From NCBI GenBank assembly GCA_965209155.1, contig OZ242383.1, forward strand, positions 1,280,001 through 1,344,000: a stretch of DNA of 64,000 bases, given 5' to 3'. The position numbers and the translations under genes are program-made. Source of the stretch: a bacterium (lineage in GTDB: Bacteria > SAR324 > NAC60-12). The first letter of the stretch is position 1. Each line of letters starts with the position of its first letter. Of the stretch, positions 1 to 8,625 are shown in pieces. The notes beneath the pieces were generated by a model. It saw only the letters and a list, made by a program, of their open reading frames with translations. It ran no database searches and was not told the DNA's origin.

Positions 1-674
1 GGCGCTTCATTGAGTTTGAAGGAGCTGTCTTGATGCAGAGATTGGGGCCGCCCCCCTTTGCGGGCGATGATGCACAAACACGAGTGGATGATAAAGTTCT
101 CTCCGACCGTCTCATGGACTAGTTGTTCAATCAAAGGGCCGGCTTGTATAAATTCAGGGTCGTGTTCAATGAAACCTCGAAAGCAGTCACCTTTGTTCAC
201 CAGGCAATCCACAAACTGGGTAATATCTTTATCCCACACCTGGTCCCGGCTGGCATTCAGGAAGTGAGCAATCCCGGCAAGGCGTTCTCCTTCGGCCTGT
301 TCCACCACGCGGGTGCGCATTGTATGCAGCTGTTCTTGACTCAAGGCATCCTGGACCAGACAATAGCCGAATTCGCGGAAGTCATTTCGCAGTTGTTTGA
401 TCTCCTTGGTCGGAGAAGGGAGGGGGCCATTTTTTTCCCAATACGCTTTAGCGCTTCCCTGGGTGTTGTAGTAAAGCGAGTCGTCATTCAAGTCCACTCC
501 ATTTTCCCTACCTGAGGGACTTGGAGTGAAAACCAAGCCTTGCTTTTCTAAGCTTTTTTGGAACTCGTTTACCTTGAGAAGATGGGTGAAGAGTTGCTCG
601 CTTTCCGGGCTATTGGCCTGGACGTTTTCTGGCAAAAACTCATGAGGGGTGGATTGGTTTTTATTGGGTTTCAT
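1..674 (-). CDS. Phytanoyl-CoA dioxygenase (PhyH) family Fe(II)/2OG protein, runs off the window edge
   Basis: Not in the ORF track. Manual translation from ATG 674 (RBS AGAAAGGA) is open to position 1: MKPNKNQ...FREFGYCLVQDALS...GGRPQSLHQDSS, with the PhyH-type GY-x-V-x-DAL and HxD motifs. Confidence 0.75.
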   Translation of the reverse strand, partial: MKPNKNQSTPHEFLPENVQANSPESEQLFTHLLKVNEFQKSLEKQGLVFTPSPSGRENGVDLNDDSLYYNTQGSAKAYWEKNGPLPSPTKEIKQLRNDFREFGYCLVQDALSQEQLHTMRTRVVEQAEGERLAGIAHFLNASRDQVWDKDITQFVDCLVNKGDCFRGFIEHDPEFIQAGPLIEQLVHETVGENFIIHSCLCIIARKGGRPQSLHQDSSFKLNEA

Positions 675-753
675 AATCGATTTCCTTTCTTTATTTATTG
701 CGTTTCTAATGAGTCGGTCTCTTTTTTCGGAGAAGCCATGGGAGGCAAGCGGA

Positions 754-1080
754 TTATTCTTTGTTAGCAGCCAATGTCAACCCTGCAATGAAATGTTTCT
801 GCATGAGAAAGAACATGATCACTGGAGGCAATGCAGCGACAATCGAGCCTGCTGAAATGAGATTCCAGGAAGTGAGCCATTGCCCTCGAAGGGCAGCCAA
901 CCCTACCGTGACCGGGCGAACGGCCTCACTTTGCACCAAGACTAAGGCCCAAAAATAATCATTCCAAATAAAAGTGAATTCTAATACCGCCAAAGCAGCC
1001 ATGGCAGGGCGAACCAGAGGAACGATGATTTGTAAAAATATCCGAAATTCACTTGCTCCATCAATCCGAGCCGACTCCAT
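754..1080 (-). pseudogene. 3' fragment of a carbohydrate ABC transporter permease (MalG/UgpE type)
   Basis: Starts exactly at the EAA loop (ESARIDGASEFRIF) and has FIWNDYFW and QKHFIAGL. The N-terminal half is absent, replaced by the dppC-like gene end 8 bp upstream. Confidence 0.8.
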
Positions 1081-1088
1081 TGGTGCGC

Positions 1089-2030
1089 TTACCCACTGAA
1101 AGGGTTGATCAGTCGGGCCAGGAATCCTCGTTTGCGTTTCCTCGTCGCGGCGCCGTAACTGCCTTGACCGCCCTTCAGCCGGGGATCGAGCAGGTCCCTG
1201 AGTGCATCGCCGAACATGTTGAGGGAGTAGACGACAATTGTCAGGAAAAGCCCCGGCCAGAAGGCCAGCCAGGGCGCTTGCTTCATGAAGCGGCGCCCTT
1301 CCCGGCTGAGCATCCCTCCCCAGCTGGGCACCTTGATGGGCAGCCCGAATCCGAGAAAGCTCAGCGACGCCTCGGCAATGATGACCCCGCCGATGTTGAT
1401 CGAGAAGACGATGATGATCGGTGCCATAATATTGGGCAGGACATGGCGGATCAGGATTTGGCCCGTGGGGGTGCCCACGGCCCGGGCGGCCAGAAAATAA
1501 TCATTCTCTTTGATGCCGATCACCGCCCCTCGCACGACGCGGGAGCCCCCGATGCCGCCGGCGACCCCCAGGACCACGATGATCTGCGGCAGACCCCGCC
1601 CCACGACCGACATGATGGTTAACAAGAGCAGCAGTCCGGGGAAGGCCATCCAGGCATCGACAAAGCGCTGCACCGCCAGGTCCACTTTCCCTCCAAGGAA
1701 TCCGGACGTGCCGCCAACCAGGAGCGCGACCAACACATTGAGCGTGGTTGCGGCCAGACCGACCACTAAGGAAATACGAGCCCCGAAGATCAGGCGGCTC
1801 AGGAGGTCTCGGCCCAATTGGTCGGTCCCCAGGAGATGCTGGGCGGAGGCGCCCTGCAGCCGATCGGCCAGGTTGAGTTTATCATAGGGATATGGGGTCA
1901 ACACATCGGCAAAGATGGCCACCATAATCAAGAGCAGGATGATGAGCCCGCTGATCGTCCCCAGCGGCTTCTCCTGCCACAGCCGGATGAAGAAATCCGC
2001 AAACCGGCCCCGTCGCTTGGATTCACTCAT
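1089..2030 (-). CDS. Peptide/nickel ABC transporter permease (DppC/OppC family)
   Basis: HLLGTDQLGRDLLSRLIFGARISL, RHVLPN and EASLSFLGFG motifs. Confidence 0.93.
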   Translation of the reverse strand: MSESKRRGRFADFFIRLWQEKPLGTISGLIILLLIMVAIFADVLTPYPYDKLNLADRLQGASAQHLLGTDQLGRDLLSRLIFGARISLVVGLAATTLNVLVALLVGGTSGFLGGKVDLAVQRFVDAWMAFPGLLLLLTIMSVVGRGLPQIIVVLGVAGGIGGSRVVRGAVIGIKENDYFLAARAVGTPTGQILIRHVLPNIMAPIIIVFSINIGGVIIAEASLSFLGFGLPIKVPSWGGMLSREGRRFMKQAPWLAFWPGLFLTIVVYSLNMFGDALRDLLDPRLKGGQGSYGAATRKRKRGFLARLINPFSG

Positions 2031-3021
2031 AGCGCACCCTCGGGTCCAGATAGGGATAAATCAGGTCGATGAGGAGATTGAGCAGGACTACGCCGGTGGC
2101 GAAAAACAGGTTAACCCCGGAGACCACCGGGTAGTCTCTCTCCGTGAGTGCCTCCACAAAGAGACGGCCGAGCCCCGGCAGGTTAAATATGTTCTCCATG
2201 ATAACGGAGCCACCTACCAGGATCGGCAACTGCAGGCCGATCAGAGACACCACCGGGATAAGGGCATTCTTGATGGCGTGTCTCATAATGACTACCCTCT
2301 CCTTGAGACCCTTGGCCCAGGCCGTCCTGATAAGGTCCTGCTTGAGCACCTCCAGCATCATGGTGCGCATCAGCCGCATGGTGGCCGCCGCCATCGCCGT
2401 TCCCAAAATCACGCTGGGAATGATCAACATCCCGAGATTCCCCAGCGGGTCTTCGCTGAAAGGAACCCACTCCATCGGCGGCGTCCACGCCCACCAGAGG
2501 GAGGGGTAGAGCACGACCATGGTAGCCAACCAAAAGTTGGGCGTAGCCAGGCCGAGGATGGCGAAGGAGCGCCCAGCGTAGTCGGCGACGGTATCCTGGC
2601 GAATCGCCGAGTAGATGCCGACCGGCAGCGCGATCAAGAGCCCGATTAAGATTGCCATGACACCCAGCTCAATGGTTACCGGCAGTTTACCTAATATCTG
2701 CTCCTCTACCGGCCAATCGCCAAACAGTGACTCGCCAAGGGTACCCTGGAGGAGACCTCTAAAGTGGGACTCACCGGTAATAGAGTCAGGGGTCGGCAAC
2801 ACGCCTAGCCAGCGTCCATACTGCACGTGCACAGGCACGTCTAATCCCAGCATACGCTCGAGAGCTGCACGGTCTACCTTATTGGCCGCGAATTCCGGCT
2901 TACCCAACATTGCGTCTATTGCATCGCCCGGGATGAAGCGGACCGAGAGAAAGACTATGATGGTCAATAGAAACAGGGTGGGGATGATCAGCAATAACCG
3001 CCGGATGATATAGGCTTTCAT
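2023..3021 (-). CDS. Peptide/nickel ABC transporter permease (DppB/OppB family)
   Basis: YIIRRLL, PGD, RTAWAKGL..RHAIKNALIP and LDPRVRY motifs; overlaps the next gene. Confidence 0.93.
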   Translation of the reverse strand: MKAYIIRRLLLIIPTLFLLTIIVFLSVRFIPGDAIDAMLGKPEFAANKVDRAALERMLGLDVPVHVQYGRWLGVLPTPDSITGESHFRGLLQGTLGESLFGDWPVEEQILGKLPVTIELGVMAILIGLLIALPVGIYSAIRQDTVADYAGRSFAILGLATPNFWLATMVVLYPSLWWAWTPPMEWVPFSEDPLGNLGMLIIPSVILGTAMAAATMRLMRTMMLEVLKQDLIRTAWAKGLKERVVIMRHAIKNALIPVVSLIGLQLPILVGGSVIMENIFNLPGLGRLFVEALTERDYPVVSGVNLFFATGVVLLNLLIDLIYPYLDPRVRYE

Positions 3022-3088
3022 ATGATGCCCCCTCCCCTATCCCCTCTAGCCGTACGCGGAAGCGGGGGAATAAGGTTATAACACACTT

Positions 3089-4966
3089 TTAACGACCCAT
3101 TTCTTCCTTCAGCGCACTATCAATCCAGTAGTGGGCGTAAAGGATAAAGAACCCCCCGCCCGCAAAGGCGCCTGAGTCCATTTCACCGTTATAGCCTATG
3201 AGCCACGGCTGCGCAAAATAGAATTGTGGACTTCTAGGACCAAATATAATCTGGTGCTTCTCTGTCGAGTACATATCTGCTTCTGCAATCAGCCTCTTCT
3301 GCTCCTCAAGGGTCTTAGCGGTTAGGGCGGCATCTACCTTGGCATCAAGCTCATGCCACTGGTGTCCGGATGCTGGTGCCCGGTTGCCAAGGGGCGGACT
3401 ATCCGAGCGCAACCAGGCTACAATATCCTTAGGGTCAAACTTGGAGCCCGCAATGGTAGTGCTAATGCCTTCAAAAGTACCCGAGGCTTTCCTCTCGTTA
3501 TATTCGGGCCCGGCCAGATCATGAACCTCGACCTCGACGCCAATCTCAGCCCAGTAGCCGGCAGCTATTTCTGCAAAATCTAAGCTTGCCCCAAAAGGCG
3601 CGTAATTCAGGATGGTCTTGAATCTAATACCGTCTGCACCACGCGGATATCCCGCCTCATCCAGGAGCTTCTCTGCAGCTTCCGGGTCATACCTGTACCA
3701 TTGCTTGACCTCGGCGGGCCACTCATCAAATGGGATGTAATACCCTTTCACCCCTACCGTCCCGTAAGGTGTCGGATCTGCAAGACCATGCCAGAACGTC
3801 TTGGCAAAGGTCTCGTTGTCGAGTGCCATCTGCATGGCGTGGCGCACGTTGATGTCGTCAAAGGGCGGCTTGCGCACGTCAAGAGCAAAAGAATCATTCG
3901 ACCGAAAAAAGAAAGAGTACGTCGCGATTTCGGGGTTGGTCCGCTTTATACTCAGTACCGCGTCCAAATCAGTAACCTGCCGATGGTAATCAAGCCTGCC
4001 TGCGCGTAGTGCTGCCAAACTTGTTGCTTCCTCTGGAAAGACCAAAAGCTTTAACTCGTCAACGTAGGGCAAGCGGTTCTGCGGGTATTTTGGGTCGAAG
4101 CCCCAGTAGTCAGGATTTTTGGTCCAGGTGACAGAGGCGTCCTCGACTCGGTCAGTCATCATAAAGGGCCCAGTGCCGACCAGGTTCCTCCAGTCCTTAA
4201 CGTCGCCGTGTTGCTCGATTACCTCGGGGGGCATTACGTAACCAAACGGCCCGACGGTCATAATCGTCAGCGCAGGGAGCCATGGCTCCTTCAGCTTAAT
4301 CACGAGCGTCGCATCGTCGGTGGCCGTTATCGATTCCCATGGGACGAGTTTGGCTGTGAAACCCCTTTCGCTCGCTCCGGCCTCGGTGAACTTGCCCAGA
4401 CCCAACACACGGTTAAAGTTGTATGCGACATCCTGCGCCGTCAAAAGACGACCGTTCATCGGGGGCTTATTATGCCAGCGAACGCCCTGGCGGATGTGGA
4501 AGGTATAGGTGAGGCCGTCGGAAATCTCCCAGCTTTCCGCCAGACTCCCTATGATGAATTCTTCAGGGAGGAATTGGGTCCTGAAGTCAAATACGTCCCT
4601 ATCTATTCCCCAGTTCCCGATGCCCAGTTTCTCCACAACGCCCGAGATGACTAACTCCGGCCTGGTGAAATAGGAGTCAGTAGGCCAATCAGTAGCAAGC
4701 CCAAGCCCGTTCATGGTGAGTGTCCCGCCATACTCAGGAGCACTCACCATTTTACCAGTGGTCGGATCTTTGACCATCTTCTTCTCAGCCCCGACGGCCG
4801 AACTGACCCCGAGGGTGGCCACCATCAGGATGAGAGCCAGCAGGGTTGCCCTGAAGGTTGATTTGCTTTTTAGATTAAACATAGCGATTTTCGATTTCAT
4901 TAGATTCTCCTTAAAAAAAAATGAATGAATAAATGGCATTAACAGAATAGCGATTTTCGATTTCAT
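3089..4966 (-). CDS. ABC transporter substrate-binding protein, family 5 (SBP1); second in-frame start at 4900
   Basis: Signal peptide, YGGTL, LAESWE, YTFHIRQGVRWH, GTGPF, NPDYW, PFDDINVRHAMQMALD. Confidence 0.92.
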   Translation of the reverse strand: MKSKIAILLMPFIHSFFFKENLMKSKIAMFNLKSKSTFRATLLALILMVATLGVSSAVGAEKKMVKDPTTGKMVSAPEYGGTLTMNGLGLATDWPTDSYFTRPELVISGVVEKLGIGNWGIDRDVFDFRTQFLPEEFIIGSLAESWEISDGLTYTFHIRQGVRWHNKPPMNGRLLTAQDVAYNFNRVLGLGKFTEAGASERGFTAKLVPWESITATDDATLVIKLKEPWLPALTIMTVGPFGYVMPPEVIEQHGDVKDWRNLVGTGPFMMTDRVEDASVTWTKNPDYWGFDPKYPQNRLPYVDELKLLVFPEEATSLAALRAGRLDYHRQVTDLDAVLSIKRTNPEIATYSFFFRSNDSFALDVRKPPFDDINVRHAMQMALDNETFAKTFWHGLADPTPYGTVGVKGYYIPFDEWPAEVKQWYRYDPEAAEKLLDEAGYPRGADGIRFKTILNYAPFGASLDFAEIAAGYWAEIGVEVEVHDLAGPEYNERKASGTFEGISTTIAGSKFDPKDIVAWLRSDSPPLGNRAPASGHQWHELDAKVDAALTAKTLEEQKRLIAEADMYSTEKHQIIFGPRSPQFYFAQPWLIGYNGEMDSGAFAGGGFFILYAHYWIDSALKEEMGR

Positions 4967-4987
4967 AAGATTCTCCTTAAAAAAATA
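4830..4987 (-). repeat. Shared leader cassette (two RBS+ATG units 66 nt apart plus signal-peptide start), copy 1
   Basis: Colinear with 40506-40663 (about 10 mismatches in 158 nt by eye); internal duplication of AAGGAGAATCTnATGAAATCGAAAATCGCTAT. Confidence 0.9.
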
Positions 4988-5070
4988 GTAACTATTCAGG
5001 TCTCTGAAAACCCCGTTCAGTTAAATATCAGTAACTATTCAGGTCTCTGAAAACCCGTTTAGTCAAATAA
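4988..5070 (-). repeat. Two tandem 43-bp units, each carrying an IS66-type terminal repeat (GTAACTATTCAGG on +)
   Basis: GTAACTATTCAGGTCTCTGAAAACCC at 4988 and 5031; matches the IS66 left end at 60299 at 12/13 positions. Confidence 0.8.
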
Positions 5071-5075
5071 CGTTG

Positions 5076-5173
5076 AAAAAAATTTCCGGAGAGGACTGAT
5101 CGTTTTCAAGTCCTCCCACGATATTGTTCCATCGATCGGAAACCCTCTTCTTTCACTAAAAAAACTCAGTGAT
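5076..5173 (-). ncRNA. Candidate structured RNA motif, copy C
   Basis: Hairpin TCACTGA/TTAGTGA; P1 GGTTTCCG/CGGAAATT; P3 GGGAGGACT/AGTCCTCTC; U-run; homologous to 62469-62565. Confidence 0.55.
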
Positions 5174-5179
5174 GGTATG

Positions 5180-5212
5180 ATTATAGCACTACTACTACTT
5201 GCATAATGTCAA
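5180..5212 (-). promoter_or_regulatory. Sigma70-like promoter TTGACA-N21-TATAAT (extended -10 TGn) with (AGT)4 in the spacer
   Basis: Consensus hexamers read directly; the spacer is abnormally long. Confidence 0.6.
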
Positions 5213-5292
5213 CCCCCAAATTAAAAAAAAATGCAGGATTCGTAAAAAAAAATTAAAAATCTATCAATCAGGGAGATCCGCTTCTTTATGAT

Positions 5293-5531
5293 CATGAGCC
5301 AAAAAGCGAAGGTTCACTCCACAATCCAGTGTTTTTTCCAATGGCGATAATGATCGTAAACGCTTTGTCAGGGAGGTAAATCATGGAGGAGCATACTCCA
5401 CTGACAACCCCTTCTCACGACAAACAAAATCGCATTGACGATGCTATGTTCGCCAGGAATACGTTTGGCCCGCAAGGGGCGAAACGTTTAAAAATAGGGG
5501 AGTTTCAGTAACAAGGAGGCGCAGGTAAAGG
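5293..5531 (-). mobile_element. Internally deleted IS5-family transposase remnant, copy 1
   Basis: Encodes SIVNAILFVVRRGCQWSMLLHDLP...VYDHYRHW joined to KKHWIVE; homologous over ~240 bp to 61844-62083. Confidence 0.8.
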
Positions 5532-5645
5532 CTTGTCCCGGACTGGATTCGGGAGAGATGCGGAAGAGCTCATGCGGCAAACGGGGCATTGGTCTGCGTA
5601 TTATCTTTCCTAACCCATCAAAATAAGTCAAAAAAATTTCGTGTC

Positions 5646-5674
5646 TTGACGGTGATACTAGGAAAAAGTATCAT
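5646..5674 (+). promoter_or_regulatory. hicAB promoter (TTGACG-N17-TATCAT) with overlapping operator palindrome TGATACT-N7-AGTATCA
   Basis: Motifs read directly; inverted repeat at 5653-5659 and 5667-5673. Confidence 0.7.
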
Positions 5675-5680
5675 ATCGTT

Positions 5681-5935
5681 ATGAACAAAAAACATCAAAA
5701 AACTTTAGAGGTTATTTTTTCGCAACCAACGCCAGGTAATCTTGAATGGCGAAAGATTGAAGCATTATTCGTGGCTTCAGGGGCAAAGGTTATCGAGGGA
5801 GATGGCTCACGAGTATCCTTTATCATCAATGATGAAAAAGGTGACTTTCACAGGCCTCACCCTGGTAAAGAGGCAAAACGATATCAGGTAAGAAATGCCA
5901 AAGAATTCTTAATTAGAGTTGGGGTAACAACATGA
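5681..5935 (+). CDS. hicA: HicA family toxin
   Basis: W..IEALF..GA.VIEG.GSRV and FHRPHP motifs; overlaps hicB. Confidence 0.9.
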   Translation: MNKKHQKTLEVIFSQPTPGNLEWRKIEALFVASGAKVIEGDGSRVSFIINDEKGDFHRPHPGKEAKRYQVRNAKEFLIRVGVTT

Positions 5936-6267
5936 ATACACTTAGCTATAAGGGCTATACAGCCAAGATTGAATTTGACCCGGAGGATAATATTCTATTT
6001 GGTAATATTATCGGTATTCGTGATACAGTTGGTTTTCATGGGGAATCCGTCAGTGAATTGAAAGAGGCATTTCAAGAAGCAGTTGATTTCTATCTTGAGA
6101 GTTGTGAGAAGGCTGGGCGGGAGCCCAACAAACCTTTTTCTGGAAAATTTGTGATCAGGGTAGATTCCTCACTACATGGTGAAATAGCTGTAGCCGCTGT
6201 TCAAGCTGGTAAAAGCCTGAACAAATGGGTAGCGGACACTCTTGAACAGGTTCTTCACACTCGTTGA
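5932..6267 (+). CDS. hicB: HicB family antitoxin
   Basis: YKGYTA.IEFD, FHGESV.EL..AF.EAVD.YL, KPFSGKF..R, SLNKW. Confidence 0.92.
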   Translation: MNTLSYKGYTAKIEFDPEDNILFGNIIGIRDTVGFHGESVSELKEAFQEAVDFYLESCEKAGREPNKPFSGKFVIRVDSSLHGEIAVAAVQAGKSLNKWVADTLEQVLHTR

Positions 6268-6459
6268 AATACAGCACCAACAAATTATTTTCCTTCATCA
6301 TAAAAGGTTCCAGGGAGTCTCCCAGACTTTTCCTGATCCCTGAGCCTCTTTCTCGTAATTGGCATAGAACCTGTTTGAAAGTCGTTACTCAAATGTAACA
6401 AATCCTGAAAAGTCAATGGATGAGAGAAAAGGAAATAGAGTCAAGTATTAAATTGTCTT

Positions 6460-7062
6460 TTGGAGAAACCGATGAGTGTTATGGAGAAGAAAGTCATGAC
6501 TGCCGAAGAATATTTGGCCAGGGAACGGCAGGCAGAAGAGAAAAGTGAATTTTACCAGGGCGAATGTTTTGCCATGGCTGGGGCCTCCCGACGCCATAAC
6601 CTATTATCGGTTAATATCTTGCGCCATCTGGCAAATCATCTTGCGAGCAAGCCCTGCCAGCCCTACGTGGCAGACATGCGGCTATACATTGAAGCTCATG
6701 AGCATTACGTCTACCCTGACGTGCTGGTGGTTTGTGATGAGAAAGCCTATGTGGATGAGGAGAATTGCAAGGATGCCACCGTAATCGTCGAAGTGCTCTC
6801 CCCCAGCACGGAAACCTATGACCGGGGTCTGAAATTCCTGCACTACCAATCTCTGCCTTCCCTGCAGGAGTATGTACTGATCAGCCAGGAGATTCTGCAA
6901 GTGGAAGTCTATCACCGCCGGATACAGAAACAGGATTGGATTTACCAGGCCTTATCTCAACCAGAGGATGCCCTCGTTTTGTCTTCCATCGACTTTTCCT
7001 GCCGCCTTGCCGAGCTTTATGAATCCATTACCTTCCCGATAGAACCAGCCTCTTCTTCATGA
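6460..7062 (+). CDS. Uma2 (DUF820) family PD-(D/E)xK endonuclease; real start probably a few codons downstream
   Basis: MT.EEYL, AMAGAS..HN, YVYPDVLVVC, IVEVLSPSTE.YDRGLKF..Y..LPSLQEYVLI. Confidence 0.9.
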   Translation: MEKPMSVMEKKVMTAEEYLARERQAEEKSEFYQGECFAMAGASRRHNLLSVNILRHLANHLASKPCQPYVADMRLYIEAHEHYVYPDVLVVCDEKAYVDEENCKDATVIVEVLSPSTETYDRGLKFLHYQSLPSLQEYVLISQEILQVEVYHRRIQKQDWIYQALSQPEDALVLSSIDFSCRLAELYESITFPIEPASSS

Positions 7063-7187
7063 ATGGATAAGAGGTCAAATGGGGTCAAAGGGAAATCGAG
7101 ATGACCCGGATAAATTTTTGTCGAACCATTACCCTCAGCGGTCCAAACCGATTCCGGTCGAAGGCTGCAATGTCCCCTTTAAGGGTT

Positions 7188-8318
7188 TCAAATTTTCAAT
7201 AACTGACACAGGGTGGGGAAAGGGAGTACGCGGGTTCGGATATCCTGGATTTCGTAATCCTTGTGGCCCAGATGCACCTGGTAGAAGGTAGGGATGTCTG
7301 TTCTTTTGGCAAAATAGGAAAGGTGTTTCGAAACATTTTTTTCTCCGGTTTTGCATTCTACTGCAAACAGGGGGCGCTTCTCCTGCAGGACAATGAAATC
7401 GATTTCCCGCCGGTTATGATCCCGCAAGAAGCGCAATTCCATCTGCTCGCCTGCGGCATCTTCCTGAAGATGACAATATTTCAAGAGGTGCGAGGCGACC
7501 ATATTTTCAAATCGACTCCCTCTATCCGCGCATAAGGACCAATCCCACAGGTAAAGTTTCTTTTCTTTTTTGGCAGCCCGGAGGGAGGGGGCTCCAAAGG
7601 GGGCGATCCGGTAACAATGATACAGATTCTCCAAAATCCGCAACCAGCGTTCCACGGTTTCAAAAGCGACCTGCAGATCCTGCCGCAAACTATTGATGGA
7701 TAAAGGCGAGCCCACTTTGCCTGGCAAGGTCTGCAGCAATAAATCCAGGGAACTCATTTCCTTCACATATTCTAAATTGATGACATCTTCCTGAATAATC
7801 CGACTTTGTCTCTCGCGCTGCCACCGTTTCCAAAAACGCTCATTCCCTTTTAAAAAGGGTTCCGGGAATCCGCCCAATTTCAAAAGATGCTGCGTGTCCT
7901 CCAGGGTGGCCTGCGGATTGATTTCATAAAGTGAAAACGGGTGCAAGTGATAGTAGTGGTAACGACCTTGCAGGGAATCGCCGCCTCTGCGGTAATAATC
8001 AAGCCTTGCCGATCCGGTGACCAGGAATCGTTTTTTTCCTTTGTGTTGATCAAAATACCCTTTGATCAGATTCCGCCAATTCTTGAATTTGTGGATCTCA
8101 TCGAATATGACAAATTCCTGTCCTCCCGGAAGCCCCCCTTCCAAGAGCACCTGCTTGTCTGTGAGAATGTCCCAATTCAAGTAAGCCGGATGTTCCGTAT
8201 CCGTGGTGTCCAGGAGGTTCAACGCTAAGGTGGTTTTCCCCACTTGCCGGGGACCTCCGAGAAAAACCATTTTTTCTGCCAAATCGGTGAAAATCAGGTG
8301 CTCTAAATAACGCTTCAT
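7188..8318 (-). CDS. AAA_14 + DUF4143 ATP-binding protein
   Basis: GPRQVGKTT, FDEIH, LVTGS, KLYLWDW, FENMV, REIDF..VECK; ATG at 8318 preferred. Confidence 0.88.
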   Translation of the reverse strand: MKRYLEHLIFTDLAEKMVFLGGPRQVGKTTLALNLLDTTDTEHPAYLNWDILTDKQVLLEGGLPGGQEFVIFDEIHKFKNWRNLIKGYFDQHKGKKRFLVTGSARLDYYRRGGDSLQGRYHYYHLHPFSLYEINPQATLEDTQHLLKLGGFPEPFLKGNERFWKRWQRERQSRIIQEDVINLEYVKEMSSLDLLLQTLPGKVGSPLSINSLRQDLQVAFETVERWLRILENLYHCYRIAPFGAPSLRAAKKEKKLYLWDWSLCADRGSRFENMVASHLLKYCHLQEDAAGEQMELRFLRDHNRREIDFIVLQEKRPLFAVECKTGEKNVSKHLSYFAKRTDIPTFYQVHLGHKDYEIQDIRTRVLPFPTLCQLLKI

Positions 8319-8428
8319 ACGATTCAGGAGCAGCAAAGGGGGTGAGTATTTTCGAGTGAACTTGAAAATATTTATGAATATTTTCGACTTAATCCGAATT
8401 TACTACTTTTTATAAAGTTCTCAAGCTT

Positions 8429-8625
8429 AAATCCAGGGACTGTTACGATTTATTTGCAATGGATTCCTTTGATTCAGAAAAAATTCGAGAGCATTTTCGG
8501 ACGGGTCGCCCCTTAGGAGATGACCGTTTTTTAAGAAAGGCAGAAGACCTGGCCGAACGAGCATTGAGGTCCAAGAAACCAGGGAAGCCCAATAAAGATA
8601 AAAAACATTAACTGTCCCCGGATTT
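8429..8625 (+). mobile_element. RAYT (REP-associated tyrosine transposase)-derived miniature element
   Basis: Terminal inverted repeats AAATCCAGGGAC / GTCCCCGGATTT; internal 50-aa ORF 8459-8611 (IREHFRTGRPLGDDRFL...LRSKKPG) resembles the RAYT C-terminus. Confidence 0.7.

Noticed and set aside
4988..5070. Tandem 43-bp units as a mini-CRISPR
   Set aside because: No unique spacers; the unit carries an IS66-type end.
6365..6382. TAGAACCTGTTTGAAAG as an IS5-type end
   Set aside because: No partner end or adjacent transposase found; too short to support.
7063..7187. AATGGGGTCA and AATGTCCCCTT RAYT-like end motifs
   Set aside because: Short and unpaired; not enough to call an element.
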